This document shows, one piece after another, positions 1 through 13,463 of a stretch of 64,000 bases of DNA. The translations under genes were made by a program, and so were the position numbers. This stretch comes from Vicugna vicugna. Lineage: Eukaryota. Every line of letters begins with the position of its first letter. The first letter of the stretch is position 1. The notes beneath the pieces were generated by a model. The model was not told where the DNA came from. It was given only the letters and a program-made list of their open reading frames with translations, and made no database searches. The DNA is taken from the NCBI GenBank assembly GCA_013265495.1, contig MU058584.1, positions 3,600,508-3,664,507 on the forward strand, given 5' to 3'.

Positions 1-900
1 TCATCTCTAATCTTGACATAAAGTTAATTTGTCTGATAGTAATACGGCCACGCTGGTTGACTTTGGGTTAGTGTTTGAATGTTATACCAAGTCTTCCAGT
101 CTACAATTGTCTCTTGTAAAAAAGATTTTTGTAATGTATTTTGGTTTTTGTTTTAGAGTGTTTACATGCAATGAAATGTGAATATAGCTGAGTTTTAGTT
201 TATTATCTAGTGTGTTTTTATTTGTTTTATATCTTCATTGTTTCTTTATTCCTTATTTTCTTCTTCCTTTTGACATTACTCAAATATTTTTCCTATTTTT
301 CTCACACATTAATTATTAGATATCCATTCTTGCATTATTATTAATGGCCACCCCAAAAATTTCAATATGCATCCTGACATTACTTTCTATCTTATGTTTT
401 GTACTTTTATCACTTTCTAAATAAAGCAAACATTTTACAACAGCTTGAATCCATTTTCCCCTTCCCATTCTTTGTGTTATCATATATTTTACTTCTTGAA
501 AGTGTTATAAACCCCACAAGACATTACTGCTACTGTAGTTGCTGTTTAGCAGTTAGCAGACTTTATGTTATCCTTGTATTTATTATTTCTAGTGTCTGCC
601 ATGCCTTCACATGTTGGCACGCTCCCATCTTGGCTCATTCCCAGTCAGACTGAAGGGCTTTCTCATAGTTCTGGGGGTGCTGGGTTGCTGGCAAGAAATT
701 CTCTCAGCTTTCGTTTGTCCAAATATGCATCTATTCCACTTTTATTTTCAAAGTATATTTTCACTGCCTTTAGAAGTCTAGGTAAACGGTTTTATTTCAC
801 CATTATAAATATATTTTTCCATTGTTTTTGAATTCTGTATTTCTTTTGAGAAGTCAGTCATAAGCCTTCCTGTTCATTCACTGTAACTTTTTTCTCTAGC
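1..900 (-). mobile_element. Ancient degraded L1 (L1M-type) fragment
   Basis: T-rich sequence with recalled antisense L1 phrases (gtctgatagtaatacggccac; gcaagaaattctctcagctttcgtttgtc). Confidence 0.6.
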
Positions 901-1051
901 AGATATGGGAGTGAGGGAGAAAACATTAATTGAGAAAATAAAAGGCAAAGCACCGTTTTATTATATTTGAGGTTATTTTTCTTCTTTAAAATATTTTATC
1001 TTGATTTTCTTGTTATTGAGAAGTTTATTAAGAGAGGGTTACTTTTTGCAG

Positions 1052-1240
1052 AAAAGTACTTCCGAGAAAATGCCCAGTATCTACAAATCTGTGAGCATCA
1101 ACACTTCCAAAGAGATGATGTGCTTCAGTGACTTCCCCATACCTGATCATTTTCCTAACTACATGCACAACTCCAAACTCATGGACTACTTCAGGATGTA
1201 TGCCAGACGCTTTGGCCTCTTGAAATACATTCGTTTCAAG
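1052..1240 (+). pseudogene. FMO9P: FMO exon 3 equivalent ([29 protein letters not shown]...YIRFK)
   Basis: Acceptor tttttgcag, donor AAG|gtacaa, 189 nt, open frame. Confidence 0.95.
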
Positions 1241-1904
1241 GTACAATATAAATGAAATACCGCATTGTGGGGCGGGGGAGGTACAGACACACTTGTGCAC
1301 ACACAAGAGTTACCCTTGGCACCCTCTAGTATGATCAGACGAAAAGATCACTAGCGGGCTTCCACCCTGGAAAGCCATCACTTATAACAATGTAATGTTT
1401 TGAAGATTACGCTTAAATATGAGGTTGGAGAGTTTTGACCGTTCTGATCAAATACCTTGGTGTGGTGTGGTAAGGGTCCTCCCTCTTAGCCTTAAATTAA
1501 AAATATTTAAGGACTTACAATAATGGCAGCAGTAATTGAGCAAAATTATATAGAATCAGGGTCATGCAAATAACATAAAGAAGACTTTTTAAGATCCGTG
1601 GAGTTCCCATAATCTATCTACAACCACCACCCTCAACACACACACAAAAATCCATCCTACAGTCATAGTGGAGCATCAGCCCAACTCTGAAACTCGAAGT
1701 CAAGCCCAGGGAAACTGGGCAGGCCTGTGCTACAGCACGAAAACCACGAGGTATACTAGTTGCCCTCATTTGGAAATCTGCCTGGAAAAGGGACATTATT
1801 TCTGTGGCTTCAGTCACTTCCTTGTTTTTCCACAGTTAAATCTCAACCATTTCTATGGAAAATTAGGTTTTTGATGAAATACTCATATTATCTTGAAAAC
1901 ACAC

Positions 1905-2266
1905 TGTCTCAGTCTATTCAAGCTACTATAACAAAATACTACAGATGGAGTGGCTTATAAACAACAGAAATTTGTTTCTCACATTATTTCTGGAAGGTGG
2001 AAGTCTGAGGTCAAAGATCCAGTATGGTTGGGTGGGGACTCTCTTCCTGGATCATACGCCCATGCCTTCTCTCTCTGACCTCCCATGGTGGGAGGGGCTA
2101 GGATGCTCTGTGGGGCCCCTTTTCTAAGAGCACTAATACCTTTCATGGGGGCTTCACCTTCAGGACCTGATCACCACTCTAAAGCCCTCACCTGCTGACA
2201 CCATCACCTTTGGGGTTAAGATATCTACATATGGATTTTGGGGGACACACATTCAGACCATATAAC
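1905..2266 (-). mobile_element. MaLR solo LTR (MLT1A-like)
   Basis: Begins tgtctcagtctattcaagctactataacaaaatac, contains ggcttataaacaacagaaattt, ends acacattcagaccatataaca. Confidence 0.8.
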
Positions 2267-2429
2267 ACACCCACAGCAGAACCACCATAAGAGTACCCAG
2301 GAGTGGGGACTAAATGGGCATGAATGCCTCAGATGGGTTGTGTTGTTCAGGTTTATGGGGTTTGGGGGAGGAAGAATTAACCTGACAAGAGTGACTGTGT
2401 ATTATTTGTACTTGTGCCTTTGTTCTCAG

Positions 2430-2592
2430 ACCAAAGTGTGCAATGTGAGGAAACGTCCAGATTTCCCCTTCAGTGGACAATGGGACGTTGTTGTGGAGGC
2501 TAATGGAAAACAGGAGGCTTTAGTCTTTGATGGGGTCTTGGTCTGCAGTTGACATCACACAGACCCCTACTTACCACTTCAATCCTACCCAG
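2430..2592 (+). pseudogene. FMO9P: FMO exon 4 equivalent ([12 protein letters not shown]...VLVCS*HHTDPYLPLQSYP) with premature stop
   Basis: Acceptor tgttctcag, donor G|gtgtgt, 163 nt. TGA at 2550-2552 replaces the Gly of the conserved CSGHH motif. Confidence 0.95.
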
Positions 2593-4179
2593 GTGTGTCA
2601 GAGGAATCTGTTTGGTAGAAGAGTACTTGCCCAAAAACTTACAGAGCAAAATGATTGGGCATAAAATTTATTACTAAAATTAAAGAAATGTCTCTGGTCA
2701 CATTTAACGACAAACAATGAACTGTCCAACATATATGTTACTAGGACAGTATAGTCCCTTGAAATACAAAAGTAGGCAAAGACAATTTCTACTTTATTTA
2801 CTACAGTTTCATATAGCTTATAATAAACAACAAAAAATTAGCCCACATCTAAATGGTTTTAGTTTCATGTCCATTCATTTGGTCTCATTCCCTTCCAGAG
2901 AAAGTGAAATTAATAAAATTAATGACAAGTGAAACAAGCAAAATCCATAAATGTAGAAATTTGCTTCTCTACAATATGAAAGAGAGTATGGGACAAGATC
3001 TGAAAATAATATTCATTTAGCATGGACTTTCACTGGTTAATAAAACCAAACTAGTAGCTTATTGCTCCCTTTGAATTATCTGTGTAAATGATTCCTATAT
3101 CAAAAGAGACTATTACTTAAAAAAAAAAGGACTTCCCCCTGCTAACTAAACCCTCTCCTTTTACGCTTACTCCATTTGTCCTCCCTTTCCTTCAATTCCC
3201 ATCAAAAGTCAATCAAGAAATATTCGATGTATCAGTGCCTTTCTATGATGCTTAAAAAGCCATCATAAGAAACTTTTCAGGGGTTGAGGCAAACTGAAAA
3301 TAGAAGAGTCCTAGATGGAAATCAAGGGACTGAAAACTGGATTTTGGTTGTCCAACTGACTGGCTAAGTTATGTATGACAAGTACTTAATCTTTCTGTGT
3401 CTACACACCCACAGTCTCTTGTAAAATGAAAGCACTTGATCTTTGGGATGTTAAAAAGTAATATATTCTGAAAAATCACAATATAAAATATGACATAGTC
3501 TACAGCTTATATTATTGTTACATATTTTCATCTTCTTTGTGACTTGCTTCCTTCCTGAGAGACACTCCCTACAGAGGGACATGTGGGTTATGCGTATTTG
3601 GGTAGATTTCAGTAGGGAGAAACTAAACATGTTCAGAGTGTGACAATCTCCGAGAATGGCAGACACAGAGTGGGAACTGTTCTGAAGCCCTCGGCAGAGC
3701 CAGGGACAGTATGAGGACATTAGATGCTTGAAGATCAGAGGGGATGTCAAATTGATTAAGAAAAGTCCTCTATCTCCTTATAAAGTAATAAAACAAAACA
3801 GTAACAACCAGTTTCCTGCTTCATCATTTTGCTTAAGACTGCATGGGGCAATGTAATAATGAATAAAATTCATTATTCATAGTGAAATTGTTATGAAACT
3901 TTCATTTTGGGCAGGTCCAAGACAGACCTACCATTTACTATGTCACAAGATCACTTGTCTGTAACTAGTATTCATAGGTACTGATTCTGAGTTTACTCCC
4001 TCTTTCAGGCCTGTGAAATATAAAATTAAATTTTTAAGACAAAGCATGATAGTCAATTTACTGACCCAGACTCAGAATCTTGCTCTTTTAAACTGTGCAG
4101 AACATTATTTCTTCTTTGTGTTGAATTAGCAGTGTGAAAAGTACTCATTATAATGAGAAATTCTTTTCTCCCACCACAG

Positions 4180-4322
4180 GCATTGAGAAGTTTGAAGGCT
4201 GTTATTTCCACAGTAGGGAGTATAAAAGCCCTGAGGACTTTTCAGGAAAGAGGATTATAGTCGTTGGCACTGGGAATTCTGGAGTGGATATCGCAGTGGA
4301 GCTCAGCCATGTAGCAAAACAG
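4180..4322 (+). pseudogene. FMO9P: FMO exon 5 equivalent ([15 protein letters not shown]...[21 protein letters not shown])
   Basis: Acceptor ccaccacag, donor CAG|gtttgt, 143 nt. Contains the FMO signature and the NADPH-binding GxGxxG. Confidence 0.95.
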
Positions 4323-5759
4323 GTTTGTCTGTTAGAATACCACAACGTTCACTAGTAAAAGCCTCTGCATATGTGGGTGCCATTCAGAATGCATGTCTGG
4401 TCTCTGAGGGACAAAAATAAGAAAACGAAATTGATGGGCCCTGGCCTCAAGATATTTAAATTCATGGGAAGCAGATGATAAATGCAAAATAAATACCTCA
4501 TCTTCACAACGGAAAAGACATGCAAACAAATTACAATTAACTGAGTTAATGACGTAAAACATTAACACAGATAAAACAAAATGTTAGATAATGGAGCTGG
4601 CTTTTCTCATTACCATAGCAACATCTGGGTCCTGAAATAGACTTCAAATAGCGTTAAAGACAAGAAACTGGGAGTCCATCTGGGAGCAGTAGATTTTGGT
4701 GGTAGAATTAAAGAACAGGAAAAAGAGAAAAACCAAGACAGATGATAAACATGTGATCCTCCTTAACTAGGAGTATTGTATCTACAGTGATGGAGGAAGA
4801 TAGGAGAATATAAATTCCATTTTAGGCATATTTTATTTTTTAAAAAAGCAAGTTATCCAAGAACTTCATTTATGATTGATTATTCTTTCTTCCATGGAAA
4901 AATTAACAATACTATGATTTAGGAAGAAAATGAGAGAACTTTTGAATTCAGGATTATTAACCTTAAGTAATGCAAAGCCCAGCCCACTAGGATGTTCCGA
5001 TATCCTGATTATGTTTACATATTTACCTTCTTTTATTATCATTTATCTTAAGTAATACTAAGTCACTCACTAAGAGTATAAAGAGTTTTTAATAAGCATT
5101 TTAAAAGGTAAATGCTTTGTAATGAACATCCATCTGATTTATCTTCTGCTTCACAGATTTGATCAATGAGAACTGAGATTCAACATGGTCACTTCAAGAC
5201 TGCAAAAGCACCAGAATCAAGTCAATAATTCAGTATATTTTCTAATTGCATCAGAATGTTGAGAAGTTTACAAATATAATACAGAAAGATTTGAAAGGGA
5301 TTCTAGTTACATTCCAGCAAGCAGTACACTAGTCCTGAATAATTTGATTGATTCAAGGTTTTAATGTACATTTTCATTTTGATGTAAACAATATAGTAGA
5401 ATTATGTAGTAGTCAAAATGATAATTCACTCACTTCTAAATTCAAACTCATATATGAAGCACAGAGATCTATCAATATCCAGGGATTTTTTTTTAATAGT
5501 AATTCAGAAACATACAGACCAGTGACTGAAGTTTTCTGTTTTTCATTCAGAAACTTGTTATCGTAGAGTAGCCTTTTTCTGGAAATCAGTAGACAGCTCT
5601 GGGTGTCTGGGATAGGTCAAGGATGATCACTGAATAATATTTTACCTCCTAATTCTCAGTAGCCAACATTCCATGAGCTGGGTAACGGGTAAACTATGAA
5701 TAAAAATAATCCTATATGAAGGGTTGTCCCTTCTCTGGCTTGCTCTCTGCCTCCTTCAG

Positions 5760-5959
5760 GTATTCCTCAGTACTTGACGAGGAGCATGGATTTTACACCG
5801 TGTTTGGGATAATGGGAATCCCATGGATAGTTCATTCTTCACTCTGTTCAATAGTTTTTACCGGAAAATAGCAACTACAGCAATAGTAAATAACCACTTA
5901 GAGAAGATACTGAACTCAAGATTCAATCATGCGCACTACGGCCTTCAGCCTCAGCACAG
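5760..5959 (+). pseudogene. FMO9P: FMO exon 6 equivalent (VFLST*RGAWILHRVWDNG...RFNHAHYGLQPQH) with premature stop
   Basis: Acceptor ctccttcag, donor AG|gtgata, 200 nt. TGA at 5775-5777 where VFLSTRRG has Arg. Not in the ORF track; read directly from sequence. Confidence 0.95.
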
Positions 5960-6729
5960 GTGATAACCAGAGTGCCTTAATGTGTGTAATTATGTGTATG
6001 TGTAAAAGTGAATTTACCTTAAAGATAATTCAGCTTCTTATTGTGGTCAATTAATCTCATGCATTTGTTAATATAAGCATATATTATAACATATATATAT
6101 AATATATATTACTGCACATAAAGGTGAGTTGTTTTCTGATGCTATTTAACCACTCTTATTCATTCAGCAATCATTTCATATTCAACTACTATGTGCCAAA
6201 CACAAAAATAAATAATACATTGTCCCTCCTTTCAACCAGGCATGAAGTCTAGAGGGGAGAGAAAGCCATGAAAACAGGTTAGAGCAAGGAAGTGTGACTG
6301 GTGTTATGGCAGATGTCAGGGTAAGGTACAATGAGGCTAAACGTAAGAATTTCAACTGAGATTGCAGTGCAATTGTCAGGTAAGACCACATGGAAGGCGA
6401 GATACGTTAGGATCCCTTCCTCAGCTTGCATACCTCTGTGACTCCAGGTCTATCCCAGGGAGGCTGCAGCTTCTGGGGAAAAGGCAAAAGACAGATGTGG
6501 GAATCAATACCAAGCTGAGTTAAGAGAAGAGAGAGAATAGAATGAAGAAAATGAGATTTTAGGAAGTAAAAGTATCAACCAAAGAATCAATCTAAGGAAT
6601 AACAGTTTGGAATTATAAGCCAGTGGTTGTTTTTCTCATATGACTACTTAGTTTTCTCTAAGGGTAATTCTGAAAGAGAAATTTCTGAAATGTTTGGCAA
6701 ATGAGACAAAAGAATGTGGTGATTATTGA

Positions 6730-6815
6730 TTCATTCATTAAAAATATTTAGTGAGCATCTACTATGCTTTGGATACAGGGCAAAACTGCATTTTACCTGA
6801 GGGAGATAGAGAGTA

Positions 6816-6846
<31 letters not shown>

Positions 6847-7770
6847 AGGAGAAGGAGAGGAAGAGGAGGAAGAGGAAGAGGAAGAAGAAGATTATGAGAA
6901 CTCTGAAGCATCATGTGATAAAGACTAATGAGTAAGGGCGGGCAAGTAATGCAATGGAATCATCAAGAAGGTATTTCTGAAAGGTAATGTTTAAGCTAAG
7001 ACTTAAAAGACAAGAAGGAGCAGCCAATGAAGAGAGTTGGGAGAAAAGGATTCAAATAGAAGGACATGAAAGTACAAAATTATTGAACTGGGTGGGAGTT
7101 CAGTACAAATTGAGGAGCATAAAGAAAACCAGGGTGATCAGAACAAAGTCAGGGAGAAGAGAATGGTAGAAGAGGAGGCTAGAGAGGGAGGCAGGAGCCA
7201 GACCGTGTATTTCCAGGCCATGGTGCAAAGTTTGGATTTTATCCCAAGAACAGTGAGAAATACGTATTTTAAGCATGAGAGAGTCATGATTTGATGCACA
7301 TTTTTAAAGGATCACTCCAAGGGCTGTTGGAGGAAAATGAAAAGCCTAGTGGTTACAGGTGGGATCAAAAGGAAACGGAGTAGCTTAAGAGAGTGATAAA
7401 TTGGCTTGGATGCCTATAATAGAACTAGAGAGGAAGTAAAGTGGATAGATTCATGATGGGCTTTGAAAATAAAACTTACAGTACTTGCTGATGGGTTGAG
7501 AATGGAAGGGAATGAAAGAAAGGGAAGAATCAAGAGCTCTCAGGTTTTTCACTTGAACAATTGGGTTGACAATTTGGTCATTTACTGCTATTGGGATGAA
7601 AAGCAGTCCAGAGGAGGAACACGTTTGGAAGCAAAAGCTGAGTTCTGTTTTGCCTATGTTGAGTTTGAGATGCCTGCGAGACAGTCAAATGGAGACAAAT
7701 ATCAAGCAAGTAGTTCACTATGTGGGACTGGAACTCAGAGAAGAGGTCTGAGTTAAGAGATATAAATCAG
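6730..7770 (-). mobile_element. L2 fragment interrupted by a purine-rich simple repeat
   Basis: L2 3' end attcattcattaaaaatatttagtgagcatctactatg and body phrases such as tgttgagtttgagatgcct. Confidence 0.65.
6815..6891 (+). repeat. A(n)(GA)n(GAG/GAA)n simple repeat
   Basis: Seen directly. Confidence 0.9.
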
Positions 7771-9438
7771 GAAAGATAAAAATCATTTGATCAAATAACT
7801 TCTATTAGTTTCACTCAAGCACAATCTCATAACAACTGCAATCTATTCTTTAAAAACCTTTATTACCAGGAAAAAGTAGACAAGAGGATTCTGCAAACAA
7901 TGTACACCGCTCCCTTTCTCTTAATCCCAGCTATACCTACCTTTGTTCTCTGAGCCACAGCTGCTGGCGCCTAAGGGCAATAGGGGTCAGTTAAGGATCT
8001 GAGGTCTATGCAAGTCCTTCTCCGCCATGAACCAAGCAAGTTCCTAGAGATCAGCTTCAGAGATCTCCAAGCTAAGAACCAGAGATCATCAGGTCCTGGG
8101 CAAAACTTGGTGTGGAGCTCTTTGGTGAAAGTCAACATCAGCCCTTCATGATGAATGCCTGGCCCTACCACTGATGAGGGTTAAGAAAAAAAAAAATGAC
8201 TGAGTAGGCTGAGTCCTTCCTGAAGCCAGGAAAGTCCCCAGATTGGGGGACACAGGTAAGTTGTCTCCAGGTACCTGAACAAGAGAAAGGCTGCTTGTTT
8301 CTGTATCTTCGGCCCATAGAGGTGGTCCTTTTAATTTTTCCAAAACAGCTGCCACAAGGGGTACTCCAATAATCAGACCTTAGCCCCAATAAGCTGCCAA
8401 AGAAAAATACTATCCCATGTAATGAAGTCAGCATCCAAAGAAGGGAAGATGGGTCAGAAAACCAGAACAATGGCCTAGGAAAATAGAAGAAGAAAGAGAG
8501 GTTAATTTGCATAAAAATATGAAGAGAACTTTAAGGAGACTCAGTGTGGCACAAAACATTCTTTTAAGCTTAAAAATATTATTTCTAAGCTAAAGATGAC
8601 AGCAGATAGATTAAAGCAGAAAACGGTTACCGGATAGGTTAAGAGAAGTGAGAACAGATGGAGGAGACAAAATATTTAAATAAATCATAGAAAAAGTTTC
8701 AGATTGAAAAGAGACCACTGAATCCAGGTTGAATCATTAAACACACACACGCACACACAGAGCATGAGCTGCATTCCATGAATATGCTTCCAACCAGGAA
8801 GAATAAGTTATCTACAAAGGAAAAATAATTAGATATTCATCATACTTTACATTCACAAGACTGGAACCTAGAATACAGTGGAACAAAATCTACAGCTTCT
8901 GAGGGAAAATGTCTTCAAATCTATGAATTCTAAACCCTGACAAGACATGAGTCACCTGTAATAAGGAGAGAAAATTACCTGAGGGTGTATTTTCAACAAA
9001 TAAATCAGAACAGACACCTCAACATAGAAGAAAATGAGAAAAGGGGAAAAGATGTTAAGCAATCTGTCTATAATTAAATCCAAATAAATAAAGATGAACC
9101 ATTGGAACTGTGTAACAGAACTACTAAATATAGGGTTTTTTAAATAAAGAGTGCCTAGCAAAGTAAAATTCTAATAAATGTACCAAACTGGCTCAACAAA
9201 ATCAAGGAGGGAGGAGGGAAGAAAAGAAAACAGGTGAGTGATGTGGCTGGAGCTGCACTTCAGAAAATTAATCCATTCGGTCATAATAAAAACATAAGGT
9301 CAAAGATTCCTCTTAATTGTTATGAGTTTTCATGTTTTATCTTAAAGATAAATCTGTTTTTTATCATCTGTGTTACATTTTTTTCTAATCATTTTTTTTC
9401 CATTGGTTTAACTTGTGATGCTTTTTAAAAATACAAGT

Positions 9439-9580
9439 TTATTCAAGATCTTACAGTAGCTCTCAGAGAAAAAAATGTGACAATGAATATATATATGTTC
9501 ATGTATAACTGAAAAATTGTGCTCTACACTGGAATTTGACACAACATTGTAAAATGATTATAAATCAGTTAAAATATTAA
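9439..9580 (+). mobile_element. Short 5'-truncated L1 3' end with 12-bp TSD
   Basis: TSD AAAAATACAAGT at 9427-9438 and 9581-9592, at a TTTTT/AAAA endonuclease site; L1 3'UTR phrase ttgacacaacattgtaaa. Confidence 0.8.
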
Positions 9581-9661
9581 AAAAATACAAGTGTCTTAAA
9601 TTTTCAATACTCATATATGTTGTACTTTCTGGGTTTATTTTTTTTTCATTTTTGTATATAT

Positions 9662-9757
9662 ATTTTTTGTTGAAGTATAGTCAGTTTACAATGTTGTGTC
9701 AATTTCTGGCGTACAGCATAATGCTTCAGTCATACATGAACATACATGTATTTGCCT
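9662..9757 (-). mobile_element. Short L1 3' end
   Basis: ttttttgttgaagtatagtcagtttacaatgttgtgtcaatttctgg is the reverse complement of the L1 terminus seen near 32460-32510. Confidence 0.8.
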
Positions 9758-10884
9758 TTTTGAGTTTTAAAACTGGTTAAGAAGGTCTCCCTTGCCCCAG
9801 GATTCTCCAAGATTTACATACAAGATTCTTACTTTTTAATTTTTTTATTCTTGTCTTTTATCAATTTAGAATTTATTTTCAACATAGTAACTGTAAAATC
9901 AGAGTCTAAATTTTATGTATATTCTTATAGAACTCTCCCTTTACCCTCAGATGAAGCCCAGACTCAGTGGCCCTGCATTTTTATTCCCCACTCCTCCCCT
10001 TCAAGTTGCTTAAGCCAAACTTAACTCCACTTATTTTTCTATGTGTACCTCACTTTTCAATATCTGTATCTTTGTTCACTCTTTTCCCTCTACCCCATTT
10101 TCAGTTCAGATACCCCTCTATCTGTAACAGACCCTCCTGGTTATTTACCAAGTTGCTCCTTCTTCCTTGCAATAGAAGATGGTTGGGTCAGGGTGTTCAT
10201 GTGACCTAGTTTTCTTCAAGAAGAGTAAGGGGAAGACTACTGAATGGACTTTCTGGGAAGGCTAATGTTTGCCTAGAAAAAGACTTGCAATCCACCAACG
10301 TAAATCCTTGCCCTTCCCTTTCTCCCTCCTCTCTGGAGCATGGATTCAATACCTGGAGGCAGAATTACTTAAGGCAATCATTTAGTCATTAACAAGTTAT
10401 TTGAATGAGTACTTGTGTCGGGTACCTGTTTTTAAATTCACAAACTTGTTTATAACAAATGTGTTACAAATCTAACTTGGAGGTTGATTTTGCCTACAAA
10501 GGATAATCATTTGGTAAGGAAGTAAGGTGGGAAGGCTAATGGTAATAACTGTGCCTTCCAAACTGGGATCATTGTAATAGATCATTTTTTCCTCTATTTT
10601 AAGTAGTTCAAACTATTTTAACACTAAAAAAAAAATGACCACACAAAATGTGAGATTACACAAATTTTCAAGATAAAATATAAGACTACAGGAAAAAAAA
10701 AAGTAGAGCTGAGGCGACCACTAAAGCATTCAGGGTATAAAATTTCTCTCCTGTGGGAGGCAGAAAGTTGGATAAGCACAGATTTGGGGGAGGGGATGCA
10801 AATGGCTGGCTTCAATCCCTTCTCATATGCATTACTCTTTTTGTATATTTATTTACTTGGGATTTTTTGTGTTTTTTTATCTAG

Positions 10885-11237
10885 ACCTTTAAGTCAGCAT
10901 CCAACTGTCAGTGATGACCTCCTGAATCACATAATTTCTGGAAGAGTCCAGGTGAAGCCCAATGTGAAGGAGTTTACAGAAACAGATGCCATTTTTGAAG
11001 ACGGCAGCAGAGAGGAGGGCATCGATGTTGTCATCTTTGCTACAGGATACAGTTTCTCTTTTTCTTTCCTGGATGGCTTGATCAAAGTTACTAATAATAA
11101 AATGTCCCTGTATAAACTCGTGTTCCCCCCGGACCTGGAGAAGCCAACACTGGCTGTCAATGGCCTTGTCCAGCCCCTGGGCATCGTCCTGCCTATTGCA
11201 GAACTCCAGTCTCACTGGGCTACACGAGTGATCAAAG
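10885..11237 (+). pseudogene. FMO9P: FMO exon 7 equivalent ([19 protein letters not shown]...FATGY...WATRVIK)
   Basis: Acceptor ttttatctag, donor AAG|gtatgt, 353 nt, open frame, FATGY motif. Confidence 0.95.
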
Positions 11238-11365
11238 GTATGTAAATGAGTACTAGAGTAATTCCTAACGCTTCAGGGAGAGCTACTTCTCAGTGTCTTC
11301 TTGCCCCTAGTGCTCCCCTTTCAACCCTTGGAATCCTGACAAACTGAATTAATTTTCTTTTCCAG

Positions 11366-11438
11366 GGCTGAGCCACTTACCCTCAGTGAAGACCATGATG
11401 GCAGACATTGCCCAGAGGGAGAGGGCTATGGAAAAACG
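11366..11438 (+). pseudogene. FMO9P: FMO exon 8 equivalent (GLSHLPSVKTMMADIAQRERAMEKR)
   Basis: Acceptor ttttccag, donor CG|gtaaac, 73 nt. Phase is compatible with both flanking exons. Confidence 0.92.
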
Positions 11439-13463
11439 GTAAACGAATAATTAGTAACAACTAGCTGGGAAACTTCACGGGGATCATGGAATTCCTAATC
11501 TGGGATCAAAATCCCTACTTCATCTCACTTTATCATGTGGGGGTTTTCCTCCACGTCCTAAGTAATTATGTATCACAAAACCAAGCATGAATCTTAGTCC
11601 CCTGACTCAGTTATGCAACAAATGATCAGATTTATTCTCTTTAAGTCATATTAAATCTGAATTTCAGTCCTTACCTTCAGTCATTATTGGCATTTCTCCC
11701 AGGGTCCCATCAGAATCCGGGAAACTTATGTGATTCCCCAGAACACGGGCATAGACATTGATTTTCACCACATCACATTCCTTACTGGCATCTTCATTGC
11801 CTAAGTCTAAAGCACGCACTTAAAATCTGGAGGCTTTTGGCTCCCTTGCCAGGAGTAGGATGAAGGGATCTTTGCTGAAGATGGGCTGTCCAGCTGAGAT
11901 GAGCTCAGAGTCCAATCTCCCCAGGAGCCCCTCACAGCTATTCCCTCTGACCCCCTAAAACCCCCCTAGACCATTTCACACAACTCTTCTATTTCACACA
12001 CTGTGTGTAATCTCTTCCTCTCCCCTCTTGTTTCCCTCAAAGATATTACATTTTCTCCCATGAGCCTAGAACTTAAGGAAACAAAAGCTAGAAGCGGAAA
12101 TATTTTGCAAGGAAGTTATTTCATTGACCAAGTAATTACAAATGTTTGAGACTAGGAAACACAGAAGGCTTGATAGAATGGTGGAGAAGAGGAATATAGT
12201 CAGAAACCATACAAATTAATATCTTAGTTACCTTGCCACATCATTTTCGGGTTTTAAAGACTGTAATGTGTATGCATGTGTGTCCATATAAAGAAACAAA
12301 ATTCATTCTCATTAACCCACCCCACTTTATGCTCAGTTTTTCAAAAGTTGCAACACAAAGAAAACCATTGGTTGAGAAAGTATTCAAGTACCATTCTTAT
12401 CAATATTTGGAAGAAGAGGTGAAATGTCTCTAATTCATTCATTAAAATTAAAATTAAAATATCTTGTGCCTATTATGGCAGGTGTACTGCTAAGCATTTC
12501 CAATACGGTAATGAAGAGTGGTGTAAAATGGCGACACGATTGTTTCTTCTTCTTATGTAACAGTATCTAAAACAAGGCTACTGTTCTCAGATGCGAAGGC
12601 TACAAAATTTATGTCATGGTGAAGGTCCCACACACACCATGGAACAAATGTTCAGTTCCTGCAAGAGAGGCGCCAGCTCTCCCAGACCTCTAAAATGACA
12701 CTTTGCGTTCTTGCATCAAGAAATATACTGTACCCTTACCCCACCTTGTGCAGGTGTGCACGGGGCTGCTGATATTCCATAAAACACATTTACGCCTATT
12801 AGAAAAAGTCACTGCTTCCTCAAGACACTTGACTTCTAGGCATGAGAAGTTAAACTGTCATACTGAAAATGAAATCTGCGATATGAGCGGGGCTTCTAGT
12901 GTTCTGCAGTCTCTGAAAGTGCGTCATGCTGAAGCATCTGGATCAAGGCAGGGCTGTCCAAACAGCTGCCATTTCCCAGCAGTGCTGCAGAGTTCCTGTG
13001 CTCTGCAGGGGCAGCTAGACCCACTGCATCCCTACCCTCCTGCAGCCACCAAGCTCCTGGGGCCAGGTTCTCAATGACTGCTTGACTATCCATCCCCTGG
13101 TTGACTGCACACACACACACATACACACAGAGGAGGCTAGAAGTTAAGAGTTTTCCATCCCACCTACACAACACACAAGGAAGTACCCAACTGGATCGCA
13201 ATCCTTCATTTACCAAATGAATATCTTAGAGGGTAGGGACTCACTGCTAAAACCAGTCTGCAGTTCAGTTACCCTGGTGCCATCAAAAATGAAGGGACAA
13301 GAGCATGGAAACTCATGTTCTGGGAACACTCCCATTTAATGGCTGAGTGGAGCTGGGTTTGTCACTTGGCTTTCTAGCCCTCAGTTTTGTCACCTCTAGA
13401 GTGAGTAGAAGTAAATTGGTGGCTTTCAGATCGTACAAATCTCTGTCCTCCCCCTTGTTTCAG

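Noticed and set aside
2550..5777. In-frame TGA codons as selenocysteine or programmed readthrough
   Set aside because: They replace conserved Gly and Arg rather than Cys, co-occur with a frameshift, and FMOs are not selenoproteins.
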